Below, one piece after another: positions 23,050 through 34,674 of a stretch of DNA of 64,000 bases. The translations under genes were made by a program, and so were the position numbers. The stretch's first letter is position 1; each line of letters starts with the position of its first letter. The DNA is from Eledone cirrhosa. Its lineage: Eukaryota. The notes under the pieces were generated by a model. That model had not been told where the DNA came from and searched no databases. It worked only from the letters and a program-made list of their open reading frames with translations. The stretch lies in contig OZ024744.1 of NCBI GenBank assembly GCA_964016885.1, positions 55,800,001 through 55,864,000 on the forward strand, in the 5' to 3' direction.

Positions 23050-24950
23050 GGAGTTTGGAAGGGAGCAAACCTTAACCATTGGAACCTGGAACATCACAAC
23101 CCTTACAGGTAATAGTGAAAGAGGCCAGATGTTTCCTCAACAAAGTACCAAGGCTCTGGTACTGTAGATTTGATGGAGGATAGAAACTGCACTATTTAGG
23201 TGTGGCACTAGAAATGACTGCACAGGTGGTAGTAGGGATATTCACAAGACCCCATTGGGAGGGAAAATTTGCCTATTGAAGCTTAGGCTACAAAATGTCT
23301 CTTTGGCTAATGCAAACTTATGTGCCAAACAAGGAGTTTGAATACAGGTCATTCTTTGGTGAAGTCACTGCAGCATTAGATGTAGTTAAGACTGAGTTAT
23401 ATATCCATCGACTTCAGATTGGCAAATAAAGTGTTCTGGCGGACCATCCATCAACTTTGTAATTAGTTCTTCTCCACACCTGCTATCAGGAATGCATCTG
23501 GGATCCTCCTCACTTCAGAAAGGGGCATCCTAGCAAGGTGGAGAGAATACTTTGCTGATCCCCCAAACCTAGTTGCAACAGTATCTTTTGATGTACAGGA
23601 AGTGCATCATTGAGTGATGACTAGAAGTCACAAGAGCAGTTAAAGAGCTCAAACATGGCAAGGTCGCTGGGGAGGATGAAATTCAGCTAGAGATGTTAAA
23701 AGCCTTAAATAGAGAAGGTATTCTCTGGCTGACTCATGTGCAGTGTGGTCTGGATCTCTGGAAACGCACCTCAGCAATGGCTATTGGGAGTGATAATCCC
23801 AATTTTCAAAAAGGAATACATGAGATTGTTCCAATTACAGAGGGATCTCCTTAAGCCTCCCTGGTAAAGTCTGTGCTAAGTATCAGGCCAAGAGATGTAG
23901 GGAGATTGTCAAGTCTAAGCTAGCTGATGAACAGTGTGGTTTTCACCCTGGATGCAGCACAGCTGACCAAATATTCACATTGTGCAGGTCTTTTCGTGAT
24001 CGTGGCAGTACTACTAAGGTTTGGTAGACATCAAAAAGGCATTCCACAAGACATGCTGTGGAACGTTCTGCAGGAGTATTAGATCAAAGGACAGCTTCTT
24101 GCTGCCCTTATGTTTCTATGTGAATACTGTAGTATTTGTGTTTAGACAAGTGATGTTACCACTGGCAGGAGTAGGATCATTACTTAACTCATCAGAAGTT
24201 GATCTCTGACATGCACTTGATAGGTTTGATACTGCATAGGAGGAATGAAAATCAGGACTGCGAAAACTGAGACACTCATCCTTTCAAGGAAGCCGGTGCA
24301 GTGCACTACATGTGAGTGGAGTTCCACTGAAGCAGGTGAAAAAGTTCAAGTATCTCGGGGCCATGTTCACGAATGATAGAAGGCAGGAGGCTGAATTAAG
24401 TGCAAGAATTGCAAAAGCTGGTGCAGTAATGCACCAGCTTTAACATTCAATTATCAGAAGAAGGGAGGTAGGTGTAAAAGCCAAACTCCCTATCTTCACA
24501 TTGGTTTTCATGCCAACCCTTACTTATGGTCCTGAATCTTGTGTAATGACCAAAAAAATACAATCACAAATACAAACGGCCAAAATGGAGTTCCTCCAAA
24601 GGATCTTTGGAGTAACGTTACTCAATAGAGTGCATAACTTGGAGATCATAGCCTCAATTCATGTAGAGATGCTACTTCTCCGAATTGAAAGATCACAGCT
24701 CTGATACCATGAGCATGTGGTTAGAATGTATCAGGAAAGCATTGTTGGACAGATTTTATAGGCTAAACCAACCACCGGCAGAAGACCCAGGGGTAGACCC
24801 CAAACAAGATGATTGGATAACAGGCATGAGCTTGGCTGGTTACGCCTGAGGATCGAGTAGGATCAATTGGAGGATCCACTGAAAGGCATGTCTGAGGAAT
24901 CTGCCTCTGCAATCCTCCCAGGAATAAATGAGTGAAGAATGGATTTAATA
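23050..24950 (+). mobile_element. Old degraded RTE-clade LINE (second lineage, no Cys insert)
   Basis: LTIGTWNIT (APE start), GEDEI..EMLKAL, NYRGIS..LPGKV, FKYLG, PTLTYG.ESCVMT. Many stops and deletions. Confidence 0.8.
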
Positions 24951-26206
24951 ATATAACAAACTTTATCATTATTATGCTGGTGTTTGGAACATCATCATCA
25001 TCATTTAACATCCATCTTCCACGCTAGCATGGGCTAGACGGTTCTTACATAAAATTATGGAGGAAGGTTTCTAGATAAATATAAACACTTTAATACAAAT
25101 GATGATGATGATCATCATCATCATCGTTTAACGTCTATCTTCCACGCTAGCATGGGTTTGGACGGGAATTGTCCCACCCATCTTTTTCCATTCGGAGGGT
25201 TTATACAGCCCATTATTAGATTATATTACAATAAAAATTATTACAGCAAAGCTTCTATTTCTATTAGCTTTGTATTTTAGAACCAGAACAGTTTCAGATA
25301 ACAGCCTCACTAGTGAGCTTCATATAGTACAACTGTTTTTACTGAAAAGGCTTAGATTCAGAAATGTTATGGCATTCAACTATGAAAACCATGTCTTCAA
25401 AAAGCAAAGATGGGTAGATGAAGCCCTTTAGTTTCCCTGGTGACAACTCAATCTACACTGTAAAGTAGCTGATAATGGGAAAGGGAGAGCATCCAGCAGT
25501 AACTATCATGGCAGAATTAACATGTTTTAGAGTTGGCTGGTTTTCCTTTGTTGCATGACCTATGATTTTCAAATATATTTGAAAATAATTAGGAATTTGG
25601 AGAGATTTAATAATATAACTAACTTTCATATTATTAAGACTGGTGTTTTGCCAGAATCAGACAAATGCTTAGCAATATTTGTTCTGTCTTTTTACATTGT
25701 CTTTCATCTTCCTGGGGTCAAATACCGGAATTGATATAATCAACTTTTCTTTCTCTCAAAATTATGCCTAAGTTAGAAAGAATTATTAAGTGCTTGGAAC
25801 AAAGATTTTTACATAAAATTTTGATGGAATGGTTTCAAATAAGATATAAACACTTTAGCCCTTTTGATATCAACCTGCCTGCAGTTCTATGACCCCCCCC
25901 CCCCCTCCCCAAAGAGTTGGTGTCTAAACTAAAGTCTTCCCACGTAATTTGATCTAAGAACTTTTTTTATAAGTTTTGTTACAAATACCATCTTAATGAA
26001 ATACGAATTTTAGTAAATTTTTCCAACTTCATTAATTAATTGAAATAGAGTGCATTTCATTAGAATTATGGTAACAAAAGAGTTAAAACGAACAATTTTG
26101 TACCATGGGACCAGAGGCAATTTCAGGAAAATTTGGTATAAAAAGGATTAATAAAAATTAAAAAAAGACAGAAAATAATAAAAAATATCACCAAAAGACT
26201 ACTTAC

Positions 26207-26301
26207 AACTTTATGTCTTTCTCAGTTAAAATTGGTCCATCTGCATATGTCTTGAAGGATTCATTTTTACAGGTAAAATCTGTTATTGGATATATCAACA
26301 C
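26207..26301 (-). CDS. HSL-family esterase internal exon (not in ORF track)
   Basis: Acceptor cacatacag| and donor TT|gtaagt. 95 nt encoding VLIYPITDFTCKNESFKTYADGPILTEKDIK. QVLIYP across the junction is typical of the family. Phase 0 in, phase 2 out. Confidence 0.92.
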
Positions 26302-26647
26302 CTGTATGTGCAGAAAGGAAAATGTAATTAAAACCAATGCCTCTCATGAATAAATCAGTTCACGAACAATTTTTTCAAACATAAAATATTTCACTTTAAG
26401 AATAGTGTTTAACAAACATGCAAGCTGGCAACAATGGTTGGCAACAAGCTTGGACTAACGACAGGAAAGCATTAATTGCTGTGTAGTTTGTTTCTATGGT
26501 GATATCTATCTGTCTTTCACACACAGGCTTTCTCTCTCAACATTTTGTTTGGAAAAAATAGTTTCAGTTTACGAACATTTTGGGTGACAAATGGCCTTCA
26601 GGAATGAATTAAGTTTGTGAACAACCGAGGTTCCACTGTGTGTGTAA

Positions 26648-26686
<39 letters not shown>

Positions 26687-27072
26687 TCTCTCAGCTGGCC
26701 TCTTCCTCACACTTTCACTCACTCTCTGCTACTCCCCCTATCTCACTTCCTCCCGTCTGACCTGTGTGAAATCCTTTTCTCTCACTTTTCGCGTGGTTCG
26801 GACGCGTCTGCCTCTTCTCGTCGATTGATTTGTTCGGCCTTAAGTCCACAAGATTCATTGACTTGTCTCTTTTCCTCTCTTTACGTTGCATTACTACCAT
26901 GTTTGTTTACTTTCCCCTTCCAATTCGCTCTGTCCCGATAACTTATTTTAGTTATCGCTCGCACTGATTTTGAGGTTTCAGGTCTTTAATGTGAAGAAAT
27001 ACCAATGATAATCAGCAGACTACTGATGATGGACAGTCCCGTTTCTCGGTCTATTTTCATTCATATATACAT

Positions 27073-27127
<55 letters not shown>

Positions 27128-27734
27128 CTGATATTTGTGTGAGTGTGTGTGAAAACAATAAGGCAAAATGGAGTTGCTTGTTATAGGGTCTGCAAAGCGA
27201 ACCCCTTCTTTGGCAGGAAAAATGGCCTTAAAACACTTGTATATGGATAATTCTAATATAGAACAAACATGTTTTAGGTGCAGGTATTGCTGTGTAGTTC
27301 AATCTACAACCACATGGTTTAGGGTTCAATCCCACAGTGTGGCAATTTGGGTGTCTTGTACTATAGCCTTGGTTTCGTCAATGACTTGTGAATAAATATG
27401 GTAGAGAGAAATTGCAAGGAAGTGTGCGTGTGACCATATAAATAGATATGGAAGGGTCACTTAACTCATGAAAGAGTCATAGGGGTACTGTATTGACATA
27501 CAGCATTTCTTGGGCATTTTAAGCCTGGTGGAGCCCATCGCTCTCCAGGCCTGAGAACAGCAGATTTCTTCCAGAGAGAAGAATCAACCCCAGTACTTGA
27601 CTGCTACTTTTTTTATCAACCTCAAAAGGATGAAAGACAAAGTTGACCGTGGCAAGATTTGAACTCAAAGAGCAGAGAGGCAGAACTATCCGATGTTCTA
27701 ACAACTGTTAATTCGCCGCCTATAAATAGATATA

Positions 27735-27920
27735 CTGTTTCTACTTTTGGCACAAGGCCAGCAATTATCCCAGTGTATTACTGGTACTTTATTTTATCAA
27801 CCACGTAAGGATGAAAGGCAAAGTTAACCTCGGCAGAATTTGAACTCAAATCATAAAGAGCTGTAGGTAACTCTATGCTGCAAAGCATGGTATCTGACTC
27901 TACTGATACTGCCAATCCAC
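27735..27920 (-). mobile_element. tRNA-derived SINE (representative of a family with 10 or more copies in the window)
   Basis: The minus strand has an A-box-like TGGCAGTATC, a B-box GAGTTCAAAT and the body gcctttcatccttac..gataaaataaagtaccag. Other copies are at about 7557, 22620, 28320, 38080, 38565, 38690, 48000, 48556 (+), 53012 (+) and 61820. Confidence 0.85.
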
Positions 27921-27991
27921 CACCCTGTGGCAATAATGGCAGCTCATCGACTGGAATAGTTAAAAGAGAAGTAATAACAAAGATTGTTCAC

Positions 27992-28089
27992 CTGAAATGC
28001 TATTCCGGGAACTTCATGACAGACAGCTGCTGCAATATTTGCACCAGAACTATCACCAGCAACTCCAACGAGACTTTCCTGCATACCAC
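27992..28089 (-). CDS. HSL-family esterase exon with catalytic serine (GDSSG)
   Basis: Acceptor ttcttcag| and donor CAG|gtgaac. 98 nt encoding (G)GMQESLVGVAGDSSGANIAAAVCHEVPGIAFQ, with a GxSxG nucleophile elbow. Phase 1 in, phase 0 out. Confidence 0.95.
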
Positions 28090-29546
28090 CTGAAGAATAC
28101 AAAAAATATATATGTTTACTTACTTTATAATTAACCAAAGAGGAGATTAAATTAAAACGTTTAGTTGTAATTAAGTCACATACTTATATATATATATATA
28201 TATATACACATACACATACACACACATATATATAAGAATAATATTGTTTTTAAATATAAAAACTGGAAAGAGGTAGGTAGGTGGAGAAAGTAAAACAGCT
28301 CAAAATACAGTAATTTATTATAATTGTTTCTACTTTTGGCACAAGGCCAGCAATTATCCCAGTACATTACTGGTACTTTATTTTATCGATCCCGTAAGGA
28401 TGAAAGGCAGAGTTAACCTCGGCAGGATGTGAACTCAGACCGTAAAGGGCCGTAACTCTATGCTACAAAGCATGGCATCCGACCCTCTACCGAGACTGCT
28501 AATCCCATTATAATAAACAGTACATAAGGCTACGTATCATACTTCCTTAACCCTTTAGCATTTAAACCGGCCATATCTGGCCAGATTTCTTTCACCTCTT
28601 TCCTTTTAAACCAGCTGTAACTGGCCACTCATACGGATGTTTAGGTATTGTTCTCAAAATAAATAATATCAAAATCTCAGATTTGATAATGTGTTGTTTG
28701 GCTCATGGCAGCCAATCGCCGCCAGTGGAGGAGAATGTATCTCTACACACGCCCTGAAGGAAAAATTCCTGCGTCAGCTCAAAAAATCTCGCTCTTGCAG
28801 CTTGACCATGCTAAGGTAAAGACCATTTATGCTCTTGCTCCGTGAACACAAACAATATGTAACGGTGAGATTTTCACTTTGGCATGTCAGCCTTCCTTGG
28901 GCCTGGCACAATGCCACATTCTTTTTGTAACTTTTATGTTTAACTTCAACTATACAACTAAACAAATATTACTTTGTGCTACAACAAATAAACATACATT
29001 TCATCTCTTATTTTTGCTGTTGACATCATTATTATGTTACTCGTGTCCCAATTACAATTAATAACATCACGGCTAAAATACTAAATTGTTTATCTTAATT
29101 CTTATCCTACAATGATTTAGCTGAAAATGTCTAAAAACCGGTTAATTTAAATGTTTATAGTATCTTTACTAGGAGATAGATCAATGAAAATCTGCACTAC
29201 TAGAGTAAAGACTATTAAAGTGTTTATATCTATCTAAAAACCTCCCATCATAATTTTATGTAAGAACCATTATGTTCTAAACACCAGAAAGTTATTCATA
29301 TGTCTAAATTCCTCCAAATTCTTGATTAACCCTTTTGTTACTGAATATATGACATGCATTATATTTTAATTAATTGAAGGAATTTACTAAAATTATTGAT
29401 TATTTCATTATTAACCCTTTAGCATTTAAACCGGCCATATCTGGCCAGAATTATCTCACCTCTTTCTGTTGTAACTGGCCACTCATACCAATGTTAAGGT
29501 ATTGTTCTCAAAATAAATATATCAAAACCTCATAGCTTTGATATTA

Positions 29547-32500
29547 ATAATAATAATAATAATAATGAAATATTGTGTACAGTGCTCAGGTGCACTACAA
29601 CTCATCAAAAAGTGTATGTATAGTACATAGGGTAATGTACAAACGTCAGGAAAATGAACAGTGCATGAGTCATGATATACACATGTATATGGAAGGGGTA
29701 CATCAGGTGTAGTTTTGGCGTATTTCGGGAAGCATGAGTGTCTTAAAGGATGCAGTGTCTCGGCAGCTAACAACTGACGCAGGCAGTTTGTTCCATGCTT
29801 CAACAACTCTGAGCGTGAAAAAATGTTTATGAAAGTCATGGGAACTGTGCTGTTTTCTGATTTTGTAGGCATGTCCACGTGTGTTAGACATGGAGATCAA
29901 AAAGGTGCTCAGGGTTGTTGTTGGCAAGATGGTTAATAATTTTGTGAGTGTTTACCAAGTTAGTTGCGAGACGTTGGAGCTTCAATGTATCCATGCCCAG
30001 GGAAGCAAGGCATTCAGAGTATGGTAGATGCCTGATGGAGGGTATTCGCTTGGTTGCACATCTCTGAACAGTTTCCAGGAGGTCAATGTTCTGAGCAAGA
30101 TAGGGGTTCCAGACTGATGATGCGAATTCCAAGTGTGGTCGCACCATAGCTGTATACAGTTTTAAATAGATATCTGGAGAGCGGCTAACAAAGGTCTTGC
30201 TAAGTGATGCCAAGACACCCTCGGCCTTCTTGACAATCTTAGAGACATGCTTTGTCCAACGCAAATCGCTGCTGACAGTAATGCCCAGGTCACGTTCACA
30301 AGAGGACTTCTTGATATCAGTGTTGTGGAGGGAGTATGTGGACGCTGGATTTTTCCTCCCAAAATGCATGGTGGTGCACTTGTCCACAGCTAGCTTGAGT
30401 TGCCAGTCTGAGATCTATTGTTGCATTGTGTCCAGGTCAGACTGCAGGAAAGATCTATAGTGTTCAGGATCTGTCCTTTTTATCTCAAGGTACAGCTTGA
30501 TGTCATCTGCATATTTCAGTACCGTGGTATTCTTTAAGTTGGCATCTATGTCATTAATATATGCCACAAACAAAAGGGGACCAAGAACAGATCCCTGTGG
30601 TACACCAGATGACATCTCATATGGTGAGGAATGCTGTCCTAGAACCGTGACTACCTCTCTTCGACTGAGAATGAAGGTTTTCAACCAGTTAAAAAGATCA
30701 TCCTTCACACCCATTGCAGAGAGTTTTGCCATAAGTCTTTTGTGTGGCACAGAATTAAAAGCCTTAGCAAAGTCAAGGTAAACAACATCCACCCATGAGT
30801 CAGTGATTCGAGTGATGTCTTCAAGGAACTCGATAAACTGATCACAGCAGCTGGAGTTAGGGATAAATCCAAACTGCGAGGGCCGGATGAGGCTGTGAGA
30901 GCTCCAGAAGTTCCAAAGTGTTTCTCTGACACAGGATTCCATCAGTTTGACCATACAGCTAGTAAGACTGACTAGACGATAGTTGACAGGTGACATGCGG
31001 TTGCCCCTTTTGAACAGGGAAATGACACTGGCAGTTTTCCACTGCTCTGGAGTAGCACCATTGTTGAGACAGTATTGAAAGAAGAAAAAGCTGGCACAAA
31101 AGGAAGTACCCGCCACGTTTGAGAAGCAGGTATGTAACACCATCAAGACTAGGGGAGGCATAGTTGCGCTTATTCTGAAGGTGATGTCGCAACATTGCAG
31201 GTGTAAATTCCATAGTTGTTATGGAATTTGATGTTAGAGATGGTACATTCTGGTTTTCAACAGTAAAAAATACTTGCATAGCACTCAGCAATGAGTTCTG
31301 CGCATTCTTTTCTTTGGGATCGTCAGTGATCTGGCTTGTGTGGGGATTGCGAAGAGGACCAACTGGAGAGTGAGGTCTCCGCTTTGAATGAACATATTTC
31401 CAGAACACCTTACTGTCAGGATTGGTTGCTATGCACTGTTCAAATTCAAGCACTACCTTCTTTGTCACTTGCTTGAGATGGTTGGAAGATTTATTCCGCT
31501 TTTTTCTGTTGGCATCCGATTTATGCAGTTTATATTCCCGTTCAGCGTTCCGACGTTCTTTCCTGGCAAGTCGGACCGCTGAAGTTTCCCAAATTGCACT
31601 TTTGGGGTGGTTTTTTTTCTGCTTACGTGGCACCGATGCTGCACACGCTATCCATATTGAGTCCAGGATGCTCTGGAGTATAGTGTTCACATCTCCAGAG
31701 TTATACATCTCATGCCAGTTTGGGTGCTGTAGCTCAGTGCAGTATAAGTTCCAATCTGCTTTCTTCCAATTAAAGCAAGCGATTGAGATGGCTCTGGTTT
31801 TTGTTGCTGCCCACAAGAGCCAGATTGGCAATGATCATTGCATGATCAGAGTCACCTAGAGGTTCCTCAGTAGTACAACTGATAACCACTTCAGGAGTAG
31901 TGGTGAAGATCAGGTCCAAAGTGTTGTCACCTCTTGTTGGAGAGGTGACTATTTGTGACCAGTTTGAGTCCAGCACTAACTCAAGTAAATCGTTTGCACT
32001 TTGTGGCCAACAAAAGGTTTCCCAATTGATCTCAGGATGATTGAAGTCACCTGTAATAAACACATAAGTGGCTGTTTTCCTGGCAGCGACTCTGAGGATA
32101 TCGCAAAGCTGTGTGTCCTGATGGTAGTTTGGGGGGCGATAAACAACACAAAGCAGAAGTGTTGACATGGTCATACATATGTCACAAAAAAAACTTCTTG
32201 CAATTCGTTCAAATCAACGCAAGGAATTACCGAAAAGTTTGAACGAACGTAGACCATCACACCACCACCACGGCGATTAATGCGGTCCTTGCGGAAAAGG
32301 TTGTACCAGTAATGCTGAAAACCCCATCACAGAGTAAGGATGTGCCCATGTTTCCGTGACTGTGACGAAGTCAGGGTCGATGCTTCTAACGTAGGAGTCA
32401 AACAGATGTATCTTGTTGCATAAACTGCGAGCATTTAAGGACAACAATTTGTACCCTGCTTGCAGTTTATGATGGTGTGTAGAGGATGGCAGGTTGTTCT

Positions 32501-32940
32501 GGTTTAATTTCCCAGAGTTGTTGCAGTTTTTTCATTGCCAGTTATTGTGGGTAGAGCACAGACCAGCTAGTATCTCTCTTCCATGTTCCACCAGCCTTAA
32601 ACCTCCAGATCTGCCCATCATGCAGACTAAAACTTTCATGTTGTACTGAGTTCCGATTCAAGGAAGCTGCAGCACGTAGCTTTGGACATACATGGGGTGG
32701 TAGGCCTGGGTGTGTTCAGAAGGTAATCCGATTTTCACGCCCAGCTTTAACAGAGGCCAGATGGTATGAAATTGCCTCAGCGGGGTCCGAAAAAGACAGC
32801 CTCATGAGTCTGGGTTTTGGACCAGGTCGACCAAGGCGGAGAGCACCTTTTGGGGGAACACAGCCTAGGTCTTTGGCTGAGCTGGCAGCAAATGCCTGAA
32901 GATCAGCCTTGTCCTCTGGTACCCCAATGGCGATTACTTC
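29547..32940 (-). mobile_element. CR1-clade LINE, 5'-truncated in ORF1, with APE+RT ORF2 frameshifted
   Basis: LNARSL, VYRPP, GDFN, LDLIF (APE). YLDFAKAF, GVPQGSVLGPLLF, YADD, RPHLEF, NTRGH (RT). (ATT)n tail. Flanked by atatta...atatta inside a MITE. Confidence 0.95.
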
Positions 32941-33686
32941 ATATTATGTGAGATAATTATTTGAGATAAAGCCTTTACCACAAAAATACAATAAATATAG
33001 ATGTAAATGTTAAAGGGTTAGAATAGTATTTGTAACATAATTTAACAAAAGGTTTTTATATAAAACTCGGTGGTTTCCTATAAAATGGGTGGTTTCCTTT
33101 CATAGAGCTAGAGTTGGTTTTCGCTACGTTGGTATCAAAAGGATTATTTTCAAAATTAATTTACGTTTTTTTTCTATATCCATACTTTTCTTAAAATAAT
33201 ATAATTCTATTCTATTATGACATTCTATATAACTCTATGTTGTCTTCTTGCTAATACAGAGGGACAAAAGAGATTTCATTGATATCAGTACACTGGTATA
33301 TGTTAGTTTGAGAAACGCTGATATAGTTATCTCCCTTGACTAACAGGAATGGTTGAACCAGAAAGAAAAATGCTTGTATAATTTACATATTTGTATTTGT
33401 TTTTTTTTACTTTTAACAGAGCATGTGTTATATTACAGCAGAACCACCTTCCAGGCATGAAATATACATGTACATTAATACATAGTCATGTGATACTACC
33501 AACTGAATTTCCATAATATCCATCCCATTTATATTCAGGATAATTACTTATAATCACCATTTCATACCAGTCTTTCCATCCTTGCATGGGTTTGATGGTT
33601 TTATTTCTTAACATGAATGATTTGGCCTTTTAGACATTAAAAATAATTTTTTTAGAATATATACATACGACGCACATATACATATA

Positions 33687-33752
<66 letters not shown>

Positions 33753-33820
33753 CATGTATGTGTGTATATATATATACATGTATGTGTGTGTGTGTGTATA
33801 TGTATGTATGTGTATTATAT
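33687..33820. repeat. Compound (TG)n/(TA)n microsatellite
   Basis: Visible runs. Similar tracts occur at 6489, 26650, 27085, 49005, 50327, 52226 and 60454. Confidence 0.95.
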
Positions 33821-33821
33821 A

Positions 33822-34545
33822 TCATCATCATCATCACCGTTTTACGTCCATTCTTCCATGCTAGCATGGGTTAGATGGGTTGTCCTGTTGTGAGCAGTGT
33901 CTAATCAGCTGACCTTGTCTTGCTCATACAGGAACTGATTCTGGGTTGATTTCTACAGATGGATGCCCTTCCTAACACCAACCTTATTTACCGTGAGTGC
34001 TGGGTGTTTTTTTTCCGTGGCGCCTACACATCCACTTTACAGTGTGGGCTCAGTGCTTTTTTGCCATGGCACCTCCACGACCACTTTGTAGTGGGAGGGG
34101 GTGGGGGTATATTGTCTATATGCTTCAGCTTCGGCTTGTCCCTGTGGAAAGTCAGGGCTTCTGTATTACTGCGTGACGCCAGAGGTCATGGTCGTGTAAT
34201 TGGGTACGGTCGGCCTTTATCACCTCATCCCAGATCTCCGCGGTTTCCATCAACTTCTAGTGCTCTGCACCTTTTTATGCAACTGTCATCCTTCATACGC
34301 ATCACATGTCCATACCAACGCAACCTCCTCTCCTGCACACAGCATTTGATTCCTCTGATGCTCAGTCTCTCTCTCAATTCGTTTTTGCTGCTCTGCCGTT
34401 CGTGCATATTACTATTAAACATCCATTGGAGCATGCAGGCTTCGTTTCCTAATCTGCGAAAGTCTACCACAGACAACGCCCAGGATACACTTCCATGTAA
34501 CATTGCTGTTCTTCGTATACACGCATCATACAGTTTGCCTTTCAT
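33822..34545 (-). mobile_element. RTE LINE 3' fragment with tail
   Basis: KGKLYDACI..TAMLHGS..RRLRWYGHVMRM. Inverted near-copy of 14070-14780 with a similar 5' truncation point. Confidence 0.9.
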
Positions 34546-34674
34546 TGTATATATGAGTGGGTGTGCATCATCATGATCGTTTAATGTCCATCTTCCATGC
34601 TAGCATGGATAGAACTTATGCTTACAGCACCTAGGTTCCCCTATCGGTCGCGCGCGCGCGTGCGTGCGTGTGTC

